Source: a bacterium (GTDB lineage Bacteria > Muiribacteriota > UBA6191). Taken from it: a stretch of DNA of 18,049 nt. Positions 1 to 9,400 of the stretch are shown piece after piece; position 1 is the first letter of the stretch; each line of letters opens with the position of its first letter. Position numbers and translations under genes: made by a program. A model generated the notes under the pieces. It saw nothing but the letters and a program-made list of their open reading frames with translations, was not told where the DNA came from and ran no database searches. The DNA lies in contig JAYZAC010000161.1 in assembly GCA_036339875.1 (NCBI GenBank), positions 1 to 18,049 on the forward strand, given 5' to 3'.

Positions 1-2813
1 GGCATGAATAATTTTTTTATAATGGCACTGATCCACTCTTCTTTTTTATAAGTATTTTCTAAAAGACTACCAACAACGGCTCTTTTATTTTCTAAGTCGA
101 GACTATCAATGTATTCAATAGAACGATCGATACCTTTGGGCTGTACCCAGTCCCAGCTTTGTAGTGGAGTTAGTTCTATTAACCACTCTATGAATTGATC
201 AGCATTATTATCCAAATATGCAAGGGCATCTGCTATCTCGAACTTGTAATTCCCATCATCACAGCGCTCTATCAATATCTTTTGCAAACGTTTTTGAGAT
301 CCATTTTCGTAGCGTGTGATGGGAACTAATTGACGAACCTTATTCAACCAATCTTTTGCACTTCGTACTTTGACTTGCTGAGAGCTATTTACTTTGATTT
401 TCCGTTTATGGTTATCCAAAAATTCGAGACTCATTTCCACAATCCAACGGCTTAACATGGCTCCTATAAACTTCTTTTGAAGTAAGGAGGAGAATGGTTT
501 TTCACAATCTGAACTGTAGTGAAATTCTTCTTCAGGGGTATGTTGGATTTTCTTGAGTTTTTCTAACCAGAACTCCTCTTGTTTGATTTTCTGACGACCA
601 ACTAAAGGGTGTTTTGAATCATATGTAAAGAAGAGTTCCATCCAATCGTATGCATTTTCCAATTCTTCTTCTTCTAGGTAATCTAAAAAGCTATTTAAGA
701 AATCCCATTTAAGACTGTAAAGAGTGCTTGGATCATTATAGAAATTGGCATAGACTCTCTGTCTTGTTCGAGCATCAGGATATTCAAGAAGTGTTGCGAC
801 AAGTGAATCTATTGAAATTTCATAATTACGTAAAAACTGAGTCAATCCAACTTCTACATCTTGTTCGGTTACTTGATCAGCTGTTTTTTTCAAGCGATTA
901 AAAAACCATTCGTCGAAAATTTCTTGATAAATTTCGTTTTCTTCAGTTTGTTTGTCATCATCCCACATGAATTCCAATTGACGCTTCATCACGATTTCCA
1001 TGATAAGTTCAGACTGACCTTCGATGACATGTGTAGCAAATTCTTGTCGTAACTGAGCGTGATATTCCTTGTCATACAAGTAGTTGAAGAGAAATAAACT
1101 TGTTCTAAGAGGGTACTTGGTTATGACGTGTTCCTCTATACTTTGTCGGTTATAAGTCATACTTTCAAGTGTTACGAAAATAGCTCTAAATTCATCAAAA
1201 TTACTTTCGATGAAGACCTGAATCATTTGATCCTTGATGTTGTAACGTCTGGCAAATTTTTCAACTTCGCTCAGATGGGCATCTGAACTAACATCAGATT
1301 CTTCTTCTTCCATATGTGCAGCAAATTTTTTCATAAAATCTTCTTGCACATCGCCATGTACTTCTATGTCATCTTCGGTTGGCATAGATTCAAGCATTTC
1401 ATTCATGTATTCGTTCATGTATCGAGAAATGATCTCATCCATGTTGTCATCCATATATTTTTGAGTAATCTTTTGCTGAATCTCACGCATTGCTTCTGGT
1501 GTGTTTAACTGCATTGCCTCCATTGGATCATAATTTTCCTTAATGTAATCTTGAACGAGTCTATTTCTGAGTTCTTTGTCCTCCACAATTCTTCTAGATT
1601 CTTCCATGGCAATACGGTCAAAGTTGTTACGCATAAAATCTTCAACTACGTCTCCATGCATGGGCTGATCACCAAGTACTTCTTGGATTTTATTTTCAAT
1701 GAATTCATCTCCTAAAAATGCGGCTTTGACAATTTTGTAGATATCATCATCGTCTACCATATCCGTTTGTCGTTTAATTTCACTTCCAAATATATTTTGA
1801 ATGTTCTCTTGTACTAGTTGTTCAATAATAGTTTGCTGGATACCTTCGTCAGACAGCAATTCTTGGGCGATAACATCTGGATCTAAATTGAAGTCATTTC
1901 CGGTCGCTATTTTTCTAATATCCACTAAGTTTTCTACCAAGAAGGATGAAAGCACTGATTCCCAGAATGTTCTTAAGTCAAAGCCAATACTATTTCGGTC
2001 AATTACTTTGGGATGATTCATGAACTGGTCAAAGTCGTAATCTTCGGGGACTTCAAAATCAGTTCTTTTATTTTTTACAAAAAGTAAAAACATCTCACTT
2101 AAGGGATTTTTTCCAAACAAAAGACTTTCGGCTTCGTTGTCTGTAAAAAAGGCGGCAGACACATAAACTCGCAAATTGGAAGTTGTTCGGAAGTCAAACC
2201 TCTCTTTCATGAAGTCCATCACTAAACCCTTGATCATATCTCGATCTTCGAGGAGGTTTCGGATAGTTTCTTCATCAACTGCATCAAAAGCCTGTTGAAC
2301 TACAGCCTGTATTCGTTCGTCCTGCACTCCCAACTGTTTTATTTGCAAATCGTATTGCTGCTGTTTTAGTTTATCGAAATTATTTTTTAGGAAGTCATCG
2401 ATATTGCCACTGGCTAGAAAATCATTTGGCATTTCCCCAAGATCAATTGTGGGGATTTGGCTGCTAAGTTGTCGACGAATAATGTTGAAGAAATTTTGTA
2501 CTTTGAGTTCTGGATAAAGAATTCTATCAATTTCACCATCACTTAACTTCGTAAGATCTTTATTACGATGCTGACCTAACTCCTCCATGATCATGGCTCT
2601 CATTTGTTCATTCGTCACTTCTTTTTGGATAGATGTTTGAATGGTAAAGAATAAATCTAAAAATCCCAGAGAATCCAAACCTAATTCATCAATTAATTCA
2701 GTTTCAAGTGTGATTTCTCCATCGTATCCTGTAATGTCTTCAAGGGCATCGCGCAGCAATTCAAAAATGTCATCATCACTGAATTCCAACTCTAATATGT
2801 TCATATCTTTCAT
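1..2813 (-). CDS. Giant ACP-domain fusion protein, paralog 2 (partial, >=937 aa, 3' end beyond left edge)
   Basis: Manual translation from ATG 2813 (AGGTAG RBS-like sequence overlapping the upstream stop): MKDMNILELEFSDDDIFELLRDALEDITGYDGEITLETELIDELGLDSLGFLDLFFTIQTSIQKEVTNEQMR... The frame is open to the edge (...EEWISAIIKKLFM). The phosphopantetheine-site motif LGLDSL has Ser48 at codon 2670-2672. Clearly paralogous to 6414..10286. Confidence 0.9.
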   Translation of the reverse strand, partial: MKDMNILELEFSDDDIFELLRDALEDITGYDGEITLETELIDELGLDSLGFLDLFFTIQTSIQKEVTNEQMRAMIMEELGQHRNKDLTKLSDGEIDRILYPELKVQNFFNIIRRQLSSQIPTIDLGEMPNDFLASGNIDDFLKNNFDKLKQQQYDLQIKQLGVQDERIQAVVQQAFDAVDEETIRNLLEDRDMIKGLVMDFMKERFDFRTTSNLRVYVSAAFFTDNEAESLLFGKNPLSEMFLLFVKNKRTDFEVPEDYDFDQFMNHPKVIDRNSIGFDLRTFWESVLSSFLVENLVDIRKIATGNDFNLDPDVIAQELLSDEGIQQTIIEQLVQENIQNIFGSEIKRQTDMVDDDDIYKIVKAAFLGDEFIENKIQEVLGDQPMHGDVVEDFMRNNFDRIAMEESRRIVEDKELRNRLVQDYIKENYDPMEAMQLNTPEAMREIQQKITQKYMDDNMDEIISRYMNEYMNEMLESMPTEDDIEVHGDVQEDFMKKFAAHMEEEESDVSSDAHLSEVEKFARRYNIKDQMIQVFIESNFDEFRAIFVTLESMTYNRQSIEEHVITKYPLRTSLFLFNYLYDKEYHAQLRQEFATHVIEGQSELIMEIVMKRQLEFMWDDDKQTEENEIYQEIFDEWFFNRLKKTADQVTEQDVEVGLTQFLRNYEISIDSLVATLLEYPDARTRQRVYANFYNDPSTLYSLKWDFLNSFLDYLEEEELENAYDWMELFFTYDSKHPLVGRQKIKQEEFWLEKLKKIQHTPEEEFHYSSDCEKPFSSLLQKKFIGAMLSRWIVEMSLEFLDNHKRKIKVNSSQQVKVRSAKDWLNKVRQLVPITRYENGSQKRLQKILIERCDDGNYKFEIADALAYLDNNADQFIEWLIELTPLQSWDWVQPKGIDRSIEYIDSLDLENKRAVVGSLLENTYKKEEWISAIIKKLFM

Positions 2814-2822
2814 GATTTCTAC

Positions 2823-4664
2823 CTAATGCACGAATGCCTTTAAATGCTTTCTACGGAAATCAAACTCAGATATCTTAAAGATTTCCGGGGAATAAAGTGA
2901 CTTAAGTTCCAAATATTGAGCCCTCATGCTCATATTTAGAAATTGTAATGCTGAATATTTTGTAGAATGATCGTAGTAACGACCAATTTTTTCCATCATT
3001 ACCTTGTATCTAGAACAGTGCGAAGCTTGATGAGTTCCAAAACCTGTATCCAGCATGCATTCGTAAGCATTTTTCTCCCAATCTTTATACTTTTTAGATA
3101 AGTACTTGAAATGAAAATGAAAAACTTTTTTGTGCACGACTTCATCTTCAGTTACCCAACGTAAAACTTTCTGAATATCTTGATTTTCGAAGGCGTCCGC
3201 TAAGAGCAAATAGGCCCTTATATTATGTACCTCACCTAGAAAATTTAAATTAAACACATTGTATTGGTCATGGTATGCATCGGGGTTAGGCTCCTCAAAA
3301 ACTTGAGCCATGAAGTCCTCATCTAGTTTTTGAGTGCATACTCCAGCTTGCTGTAAAAGAACACGAACTGCATGATAATGCTTCATTTCCTCATGACATT
3401 GCTGAGTTATCCACATTGTGAATGGGTGCATATAGCCAGCGTGATATAGATTTTGGCTCCCTATGGTGTATGCAAACCCCTCACAGTAAGCAATTTCTTT
3501 AACGATATCACAAAGTTCCATATCATTATCGCTAAGTTCAAGTTGACCGAGTGGTTTCATTGCAGCATAAACGTCTTGTAGATCCCATTTTATTTTGCCA
3601 GCTTCAGCTAGATAGTACTGGTATACCGATGTATCGTACTCATCTTTCATATTGCGTTTTTGATTTAATTCTGCAAAGGCTTGGCGTATGAGATTGTCAT
3701 TTTTAAGACCGTATTCAGTGACTTTATTTTGAATTTCCTTAAAATAGTGACTTTGCTGATCCTTCATGCATTTGGCCATCGATATTTGATCTTCTTTTCC
3801 CAGTAAGAAATCGCTTGGAAATACAATCTTATTATTTTTTGATTGTGGAAGATCCCGTTGGATCACGTAATCTAACCATTCGCTATAAAGTGTTTGAACG
3901 AATTCGGGTTGTATCTCATTAGCAGTTTTGCATAGATTTACAAATTCTGGAAACTTCTCCAAATAATGGAGTTTTGGGATCCGATCTATGTCAAAACTTT
4001 CTATCAAATCAGGTTTTAATTCGCGTAATTTAAAGAAACAATGACTTAGAAACTCTAATTGAGACTCATAATGCGTATCTAATTTTTCAAAATAGTCAAA
4101 AAATTTGTGTTCTTTATTAATTATTAGTTGTCTGCACAAACGAATGAACTGAGCTTCTACATGCGTTTGCTGGACCAAGTAATACATCATCAAGTCTGGC
4201 GCTTGAGCTCGGTTGTCCGGGTCTAGAAAATACATCTCGTTACGGAGGGGGAATAGAGGGGGAAGTTTACTTAAATCTAATAGTTGTTGATGACTAAACA
4301 ATAACAAGTTATTAATTTTCAATTTTTCTGCGAAAAGACTAACGAGTCCATGCACAATTTCGCTGCAGCGAAATAAGGTAGGAGGAAAATAGCGAAGGTT
4401 GGTTGTATTAAGGTGCAGCCAACTCAGCAGATTTGAGATTAAAGCTAAGCTTTGCGGTTTCACATCAGGACTTCTAAATCCATTTTGACAGTTCCAGTCA
4501 ATTTCCAATGAAGTGAAAGTTATCGTGAATTTTTCGTAAGCTTTCCAATTTTTGTCTTGATGCTCTTCCGTATAATTCAGATATTCCTGATCATACTTGA
4601 ATTCGTAAAAAAGTTGATTACGAATCCGGTCTAAATCATTTTCTAATTGAAGTTTTTCAGACAT
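2823..4664 (-). CDS. Ferritin-like di-iron carboxylate enzyme (acyl-ACP desaturase/oxygenase-like C-terminal domain) with a long N-terminal extension
   Basis: The 613-aa ORF carries the ligand pattern E395 ... E426xxH429 (HEEMKH) ... E478 ... E508xxH511 (EDEVVH), with the ~30-residue helix-pair spacing of four-helix di-iron proteins. Its ATG overlaps the KS stop (TAATG at 4664). Confidence 0.75.
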   Translation of the reverse strand: MSEKLQLENDLDRIRNQLFYEFKYDQEYLNYTEEHQDKNWKAYEKFTITFTSLEIDWNCQNGFRSPDVKPQSLALISNLLSWLHLNTTNLRYFPPTLFRCSEIVHGLVSLFAEKLKINNLLLFSHQQLLDLSKLPPLFPLRNEMYFLDPDNRAQAPDLMMYYLVQQTHVEAQFIRLCRQLIINKEHKFFDYFEKLDTHYESQLEFLSHCFFKLRELKPDLIESFDIDRIPKLHYLEKFPEFVNLCKTANEIQPEFVQTLYSEWLDYVIQRDLPQSKNNKIVFPSDFLLGKEDQISMAKCMKDQQSHYFKEIQNKVTEYGLKNDNLIRQAFAELNQKRNMKDEYDTSVYQYYLAEAGKIKWDLQDVYAAMKPLGQLELSDNDMELCDIVKEIAYCEGFAYTIGSQNLYHAGYMHPFTMWITQQCHEEMKHYHAVRVLLQQAGVCTQKLDEDFMAQVFEEPNPDAYHDQYNVFNLNFLGEVHNIRAYLLLADAFENQDIQKVLRWVTEDEVVHKKVFHFHFKYLSKKYKDWEKNAYECMLDTGFGTHQASHCSRYKVMMEKIGRYYDHSTKYSALQFLNMSMRAQYLELKSLYSPEIFKISEFDFRRKHLKAFVH

Positions 4665-5959
4665 TACTCATTCGCCTTTGTTATAACTAAAGAACCATTG
4701 AATCCTCCGAATCCGGCTGCATTTGTAAGAAATGCATTTACTTCTTTTTCTTCACCTTCAGCCTTCACATGGTTCACATCACAATTTTTGCCTGGTTTCT
4801 TTAGAAACAGTGTAGGAAGGACGAAACTGTGTTTCATTTCGAGTAATCCAGTAATTACATTTATGACACCAGCGGCAGATAGTGTATGACCAACGTACGA
4901 TTTCATCGAGTGCACCAAAGGCTTACTGGGCAGGACTGTGTTAATCGCATTACACTCTGAACTATCATTCACATAAGTACCTGTGCCATGAGCGACAACA
5001 ACATCAATATCTGATTCAGAGAGCCCAGAATCCTGCAAAGCTTCTTCCATTGATTGTGCTAAACCCTCTCCTTGTGTCGGGGAGTTTGTTACATGGTAAA
5101 CATTATTAGTCGTAGAATATCCCGAAATCTCAGCAATGGGCGTAGCACCACGCTTCTTCATATGCTCCTCAGATTCAAGAATTAGAATCCCTGCACCTTC
5201 ACCGAGAACAGTTCCTTTTCTACGAGCATCAAAAGGCGTACAGGAATCACTTGGATCTTCCGCATTCACGTAAACGCCTAACTTGGAAAAAGTAAAGCCA
5301 CTAACGAAGGAGTATTCTTCTAATCCTCCAGTAATTACAACATCTTGGTCACCATTTTGAATTGACTGAAAAGCTTCTCCAATCGACTGTACACTACTTA
5401 CGCACAAATTATTGATGATTCTGGAGGCCCCATCTTTCTTAATTAGGCTTCGAATATATCTATCAATCCAGGGCTGGTAGCCAAAGAATGTCTGACTTTT
5501 AAGTAATTCAGTGTTGATATCTTTTTTCATACCGGTCTTTAAAAATCGCGATATGCTATATCCTAAATCGAACTCTTCCCAACGATCTTCTCCCTTTCCT
5601 TGCGGATAGTAGTTAATGACCCCATAAAGAAAATATTCATCGCCAGAATAGAAGTCTACGCCTAAAAAGACGCCAACTTCCTCCTCATTTTCGGTATTTA
5701 CACCGGCCATTTCCAGTGCTTCTGTAAGTGCCCTCCGAGTAAAAACAGTCCTGCGAGCCCTAAAGTATTCTACTTCTTTTTTTTCTTTCTCTGTGAAGCG
5801 ATCTTCAGGTACCAATCCTACAATCTTAATGTCTAAATGGGACCATGGTTCATGTACACGTAAACCTGTTTTTAAGGAAGAACAGTTGTCCCAATACTCT
5901 TGAGTATCTAAACCGTTACCACAACACAATCCATAGCCTGTAACAAAAACTCTGTTCAT
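4664..5959 (-). CDS. fabF: Beta-ketoacyl-ACP synthase, FabF/KS-alpha type, catalytic triad intact
   Basis: N-terminal RVFVTGYG; Cys186 (NNLCVSS), His324 (VAHGTGT), His358 (KSYVGHT); also PFDxxRxGxVLGEGAG and C-terminal GFGGxN. AGGTGG RBS. It looks like a specialised homolog rather than the housekeeping copy. Confidence 0.93.
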   Translation of the reverse strand: MNRVFVTGYGLCCGNGLDTQEYWDNCSSLKTGLRVHEPWSHLDIKIVGLVPEDRFTEKEKKEVEYFRARRTVFTRRALTEALEMAGVNTENEEEVGVFLGVDFYSGDEYFLYGVINYYPQGKGEDRWEEFDLGYSISRFLKTGMKKDINTELLKSQTFFGYQPWIDRYIRSLIKKDGASRIINNLCVSSVQSIGEAFQSIQNGDQDVVITGGLEEYSFVSGFTFSKLGVYVNAEDPSDSCTPFDARRKGTVLGEGAGILILESEEHMKKRGATPIAEISGYSTTNNVYHVTNSPTQGEGLAQSMEEALQDSGLSESDIDVVVAHGTGTYVNDSSECNAINTVLPSKPLVHSMKSYVGHTLSAAGVINVITGLLEMKHSFVLPTLFLKKPGKNCDVNHVKAEGEEKEVNAFLTNAAGFGGFNGSLVITKANE

Positions 5960-5967
5960 AGTACCAC

Positions 5968-6411
5968 CTACTTTTGCATACCTTTGAAAAAGAAGCCCAT
6001 GAAGTCAAGTCCTTGACCCATGCCCACATCTCTAAATGCCATCGTTAATCGAGCCTCACTGACAACTCGGTCGTTCACGCTCGCTTTCGCGGAGAACTTA
6101 AAATTAGGATACATAGCAATTTCTTTTTTCACCTCGATAACCAGTTCACAATCTGGATAAACGGGTTCTTTGAACTTAGCTCTATCGACCTGTATTAGAG
6201 TGGGAACTACTGGCTCGTTTCCTTGCTTTTGCTCAAGCATTAAAGCCACGCAATGTTGCGCCATGGTTTCTAGTATGAGTGCACCTGGCATGATAGGAAA
6301 CCCCGGAAAATGATCTTGAAAGACCTCCCAATCCTTGGTAACAGGTAGAGTACCTTTAATCGTATCGCCGTCATTTTGGATTTCAAATTGTTGTAAAAAT
6401 ATATACCTCAT
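5968..6411 (-). CDS. fabZ: 3-hydroxyacyl-ACP dehydratase, FabZ-like hot-dog fold
   Basis: FQDHFPGFPIMPGALILETMAQ contains the His34/Glu48 dyad; also AKFKEPVYPD. 147 aa. Confidence 0.9.
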   Translation of the reverse strand: MRYIFLQQFEIQNDGDTIKGTLPVTKDWEVFQDHFPGFPIMPGALILETMAQHCVALMLEQKQGNEPVVPTLIQVDRAKFKEPVYPDCELVIEVKKEIAMYPNFKFSAKASVNDRVVSEARLTMAFRDVGMGQGLDFMGFFFKGMQK

Positions 6412-6413
6412 GT

Positions 6414-9400
6414 TTAGACCTCTATATCCTGTGCCATTTCAGAAATGATTTCATCTAATAGTTCGTGAGAAATTTTCTGTATAAGATTTCGCTCTTTATC
6501 CCAGTCTATTGCTTCAGTTTGAAGAACCACTGCTCGAATGCCTGTCCTGAAAAGTCTGAAGACATTACGCTGACTATAAACATCACGTATATCAAATATT
6601 AATTTTTCCATGAATTTCTGATCTTCAAGCTTTTCTGAAACACGTTCCATGATCATGAAATCATAATCTTCCATCACCTTTCTCTGAGTGTAGACGATTA
6701 GTCGGTCCTTTAGGCCGACTTCCTCTTGCTTAAGATTAACAATCAACTCAGAAGCAATTTCTTCAGCGAGTTCAAGAAACATTTGTGGCTTAAGGCTGAG
6801 ACGATTTTGGAGGTGTCCAAAAAATCCATTGATTTGATTAAGCTGGGATTCCTGAAGAAAATCAGTAATGTATTTTAATTGAGAAAATTTCTTGGAAGAG
6901 ACATTGTCTTTTAATTTGAAACTAACTTCTCCCGATTTTGCGAGAACGTTGTCAATATTTTCCTGCACCATGTCTTCCATGAAGCTCAAAAATTTATCAC
7001 CTTCAAACATAGAAAAAATCTCATCAGTGGTGAGTTTATCCATCTTACGCTGATTATGTTTGAGAAAGGACGACATTGAGGCAATTAATATTTCTTCCTC
7101 AGAAAGCTCATTTTGTAATAATCCAATGATTAAACTTGACTGCTTTTCCCAGCTAAAATTGGTTATTAGACCGATCATGTGTTCACGACCAATTTTTAGG
7201 TATTGATTTATGATTAGCTCGCAGAGTTCAGTCACTAATCTGCGATAATCTTTCCTGTAATGATAGATAAAAATCATCAGTAGATCTTGTGATATCTCGT
7301 GTTTCTTTGCTAAAGACTTGAATTTGTTACCCAGTCTTTTTCGTATATCACTATAGGTTGCCTTAGTTGATTCAGGAAGTAAGTGCTGTAAAAGGTCGTC
7401 AATTGTTCTTGGTGGTGGCAGAGGAAACTGAGTAATGTAGTCGCGTAGCTCATCTACATGCGAATTTATGACCACACTAATACTTGTTGGCAAGAAAATA
7501 CGAATACATTGTTCTGTCATAGCCTTTTGAAATTGCGGATCAACTTGGGAGCTACTTTCTGGATCAAAATCTTTAAGGATTTCTTTAAAGTTTGCTATTA
7601 AGTGACTACGAAAAGCACTTTCATATTGCTCCGTTACTTCTTTTGCAGTCGTTTTACCCTCTAGAAGATCAATCCATTGTCCCAGTGGATGAGAACGTAT
7701 TTCTTCTTCTTTATCTTGTAAAAAATTTCTAACATATTGAATTTGAATTTGCTCAAGATCATTAATATCTTTTAACCAGTACAGAAGGATTTTTTCTCGT
7801 TCCTGATCGGTGATGTCGTTTTTAAGCACGCTGAGAAAAAGATTCCAATCATACTTTAGACCTCTAAATAGCTGATCTAATCGTGACTCCACCTCATCGG
7901 GTTTGAGTTCTTTATACATTCGCTTGAGTTCATCTTTAACACATTCATTCAGTTCTTGTGTAAATCGATCCCAGTCGAGATCAAATTCTTCTCCAAGCAT
8001 GAATTCGAATTGGCGTTGCATGGTGACTTCCATGATTTCGTTCATATTGTGCTCAACGAAAAACTTTGTGTAAGTTTGTCGGACGTCGTGATCAAACTCT
8101 AGATCATCGATAATGCTGTGAAAATATAAGGCAGTTTTGAGTGGGAATTCTGTAATCACAAATTGCTCGATAGCTTCTTGATCTACTTGAAGTCCGGACA
8201 CTCTTTTTATGATTCCGAAAATATCGTCAAAGTTATTTTCTACAAACACTTGAATCATCGGATCAGTCAATCCGTACGTCTCTATAAATCTATCCACTAT
8301 AGTGTTAGGCTCTGGTGTTTCTTCGGAATCCTCTTCATCTTCCATGCGAGCCATGAATTTTTTCATGAACTCTTCTTGAACATCTCCATCCAGCTCTATT
8401 TCTTCTTCAGGAATAGCGTCCATCATCTCGTTCATATAATCGTTCATGTAGCGGGAAATGATTTGATCTAAATTGTCTTGCATGTATTTTTCAGTGATCT
8501 TTTGTTGAAGTTCTTTCATCTTTTCCGGATCATTGAGTTGCATGGCTTCCATCGGATCATAATTGTCTTTGATGTAGTCCTGGACTAGCTGATTTCTTAG
8601 TTCCTTGTCGGCCAAAAGTCTTTGGGTTTCCTCCATTGCAATTCGATCAAAATTATTCTTCATGAACTCTTCTACAAGATCCCCTTGAACATTACCCATT
8701 CCGATTGCACTTTGAATTTTATCTTGGCGAAATTCAGTAGTAAGAAACGTATCTTTGAGAAATGCAATAACTTCAGTGTCATCAACCATTTCACTTTGTC
8801 GGTTAACTTCTTCTTCAAAAACACTACCTATTTGGCTGTCGATCAAAGTTTTCATTAAATCTTGCTGAACACTTTCATCAGCAAGTAATTGGGTTGCAAA
8901 ATCGCTATTTTCATCCAAGAGGCCGCGTTGTTGGACTTCTCTTTTGAGACTAACTTTATTTTCCGATATAAATTGATTGAACAGCCCAACTTTGTCATCG
9001 TTTACCAACTGTTCCATGAGGTTTTCTTTTTCCTCATCACTTAAAACCATTTGCTTGTATATAGAGGATTTTTCTCGCTCGATGATGTCGGCAAATAAGG
9101 CCTCTTTTTCTTCCTCAAAAATGGCTTTTAAATCGTTATTTTGACCAGAATCACTGGCAAAAAGTTGGTAACCTTGGGATAAAATTTCTTCCTCCATGAT
9201 CTCCATCTCCCCCTTCATTATTTCGGGGGTTATGTTGACTAGATTATCCCAGACGAATTGGTTAAAATCGGTGGAAGATTCTTGCTTATTAAATTCGGAT
9301 TCGAATAAATCACGTTTAATGTCGAGCGCTTTGTCGAGAATTTGCTGTTTGCTACGCTCAACCATTATATCCATGATATCTTTGCGTCTACGGTCGAAAA

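Noticed and set aside
861..2826. Short plus-strand ORFs 861..1052, 1314..1508, 1801..2016, 2641..2826
   Set aside because: They are antisense shadows of the long minus-strand ORF ending at 2813. The resemblance between 1314..1508 and 8163..8471 only mirrors the conserved core of the two giant paralogs.
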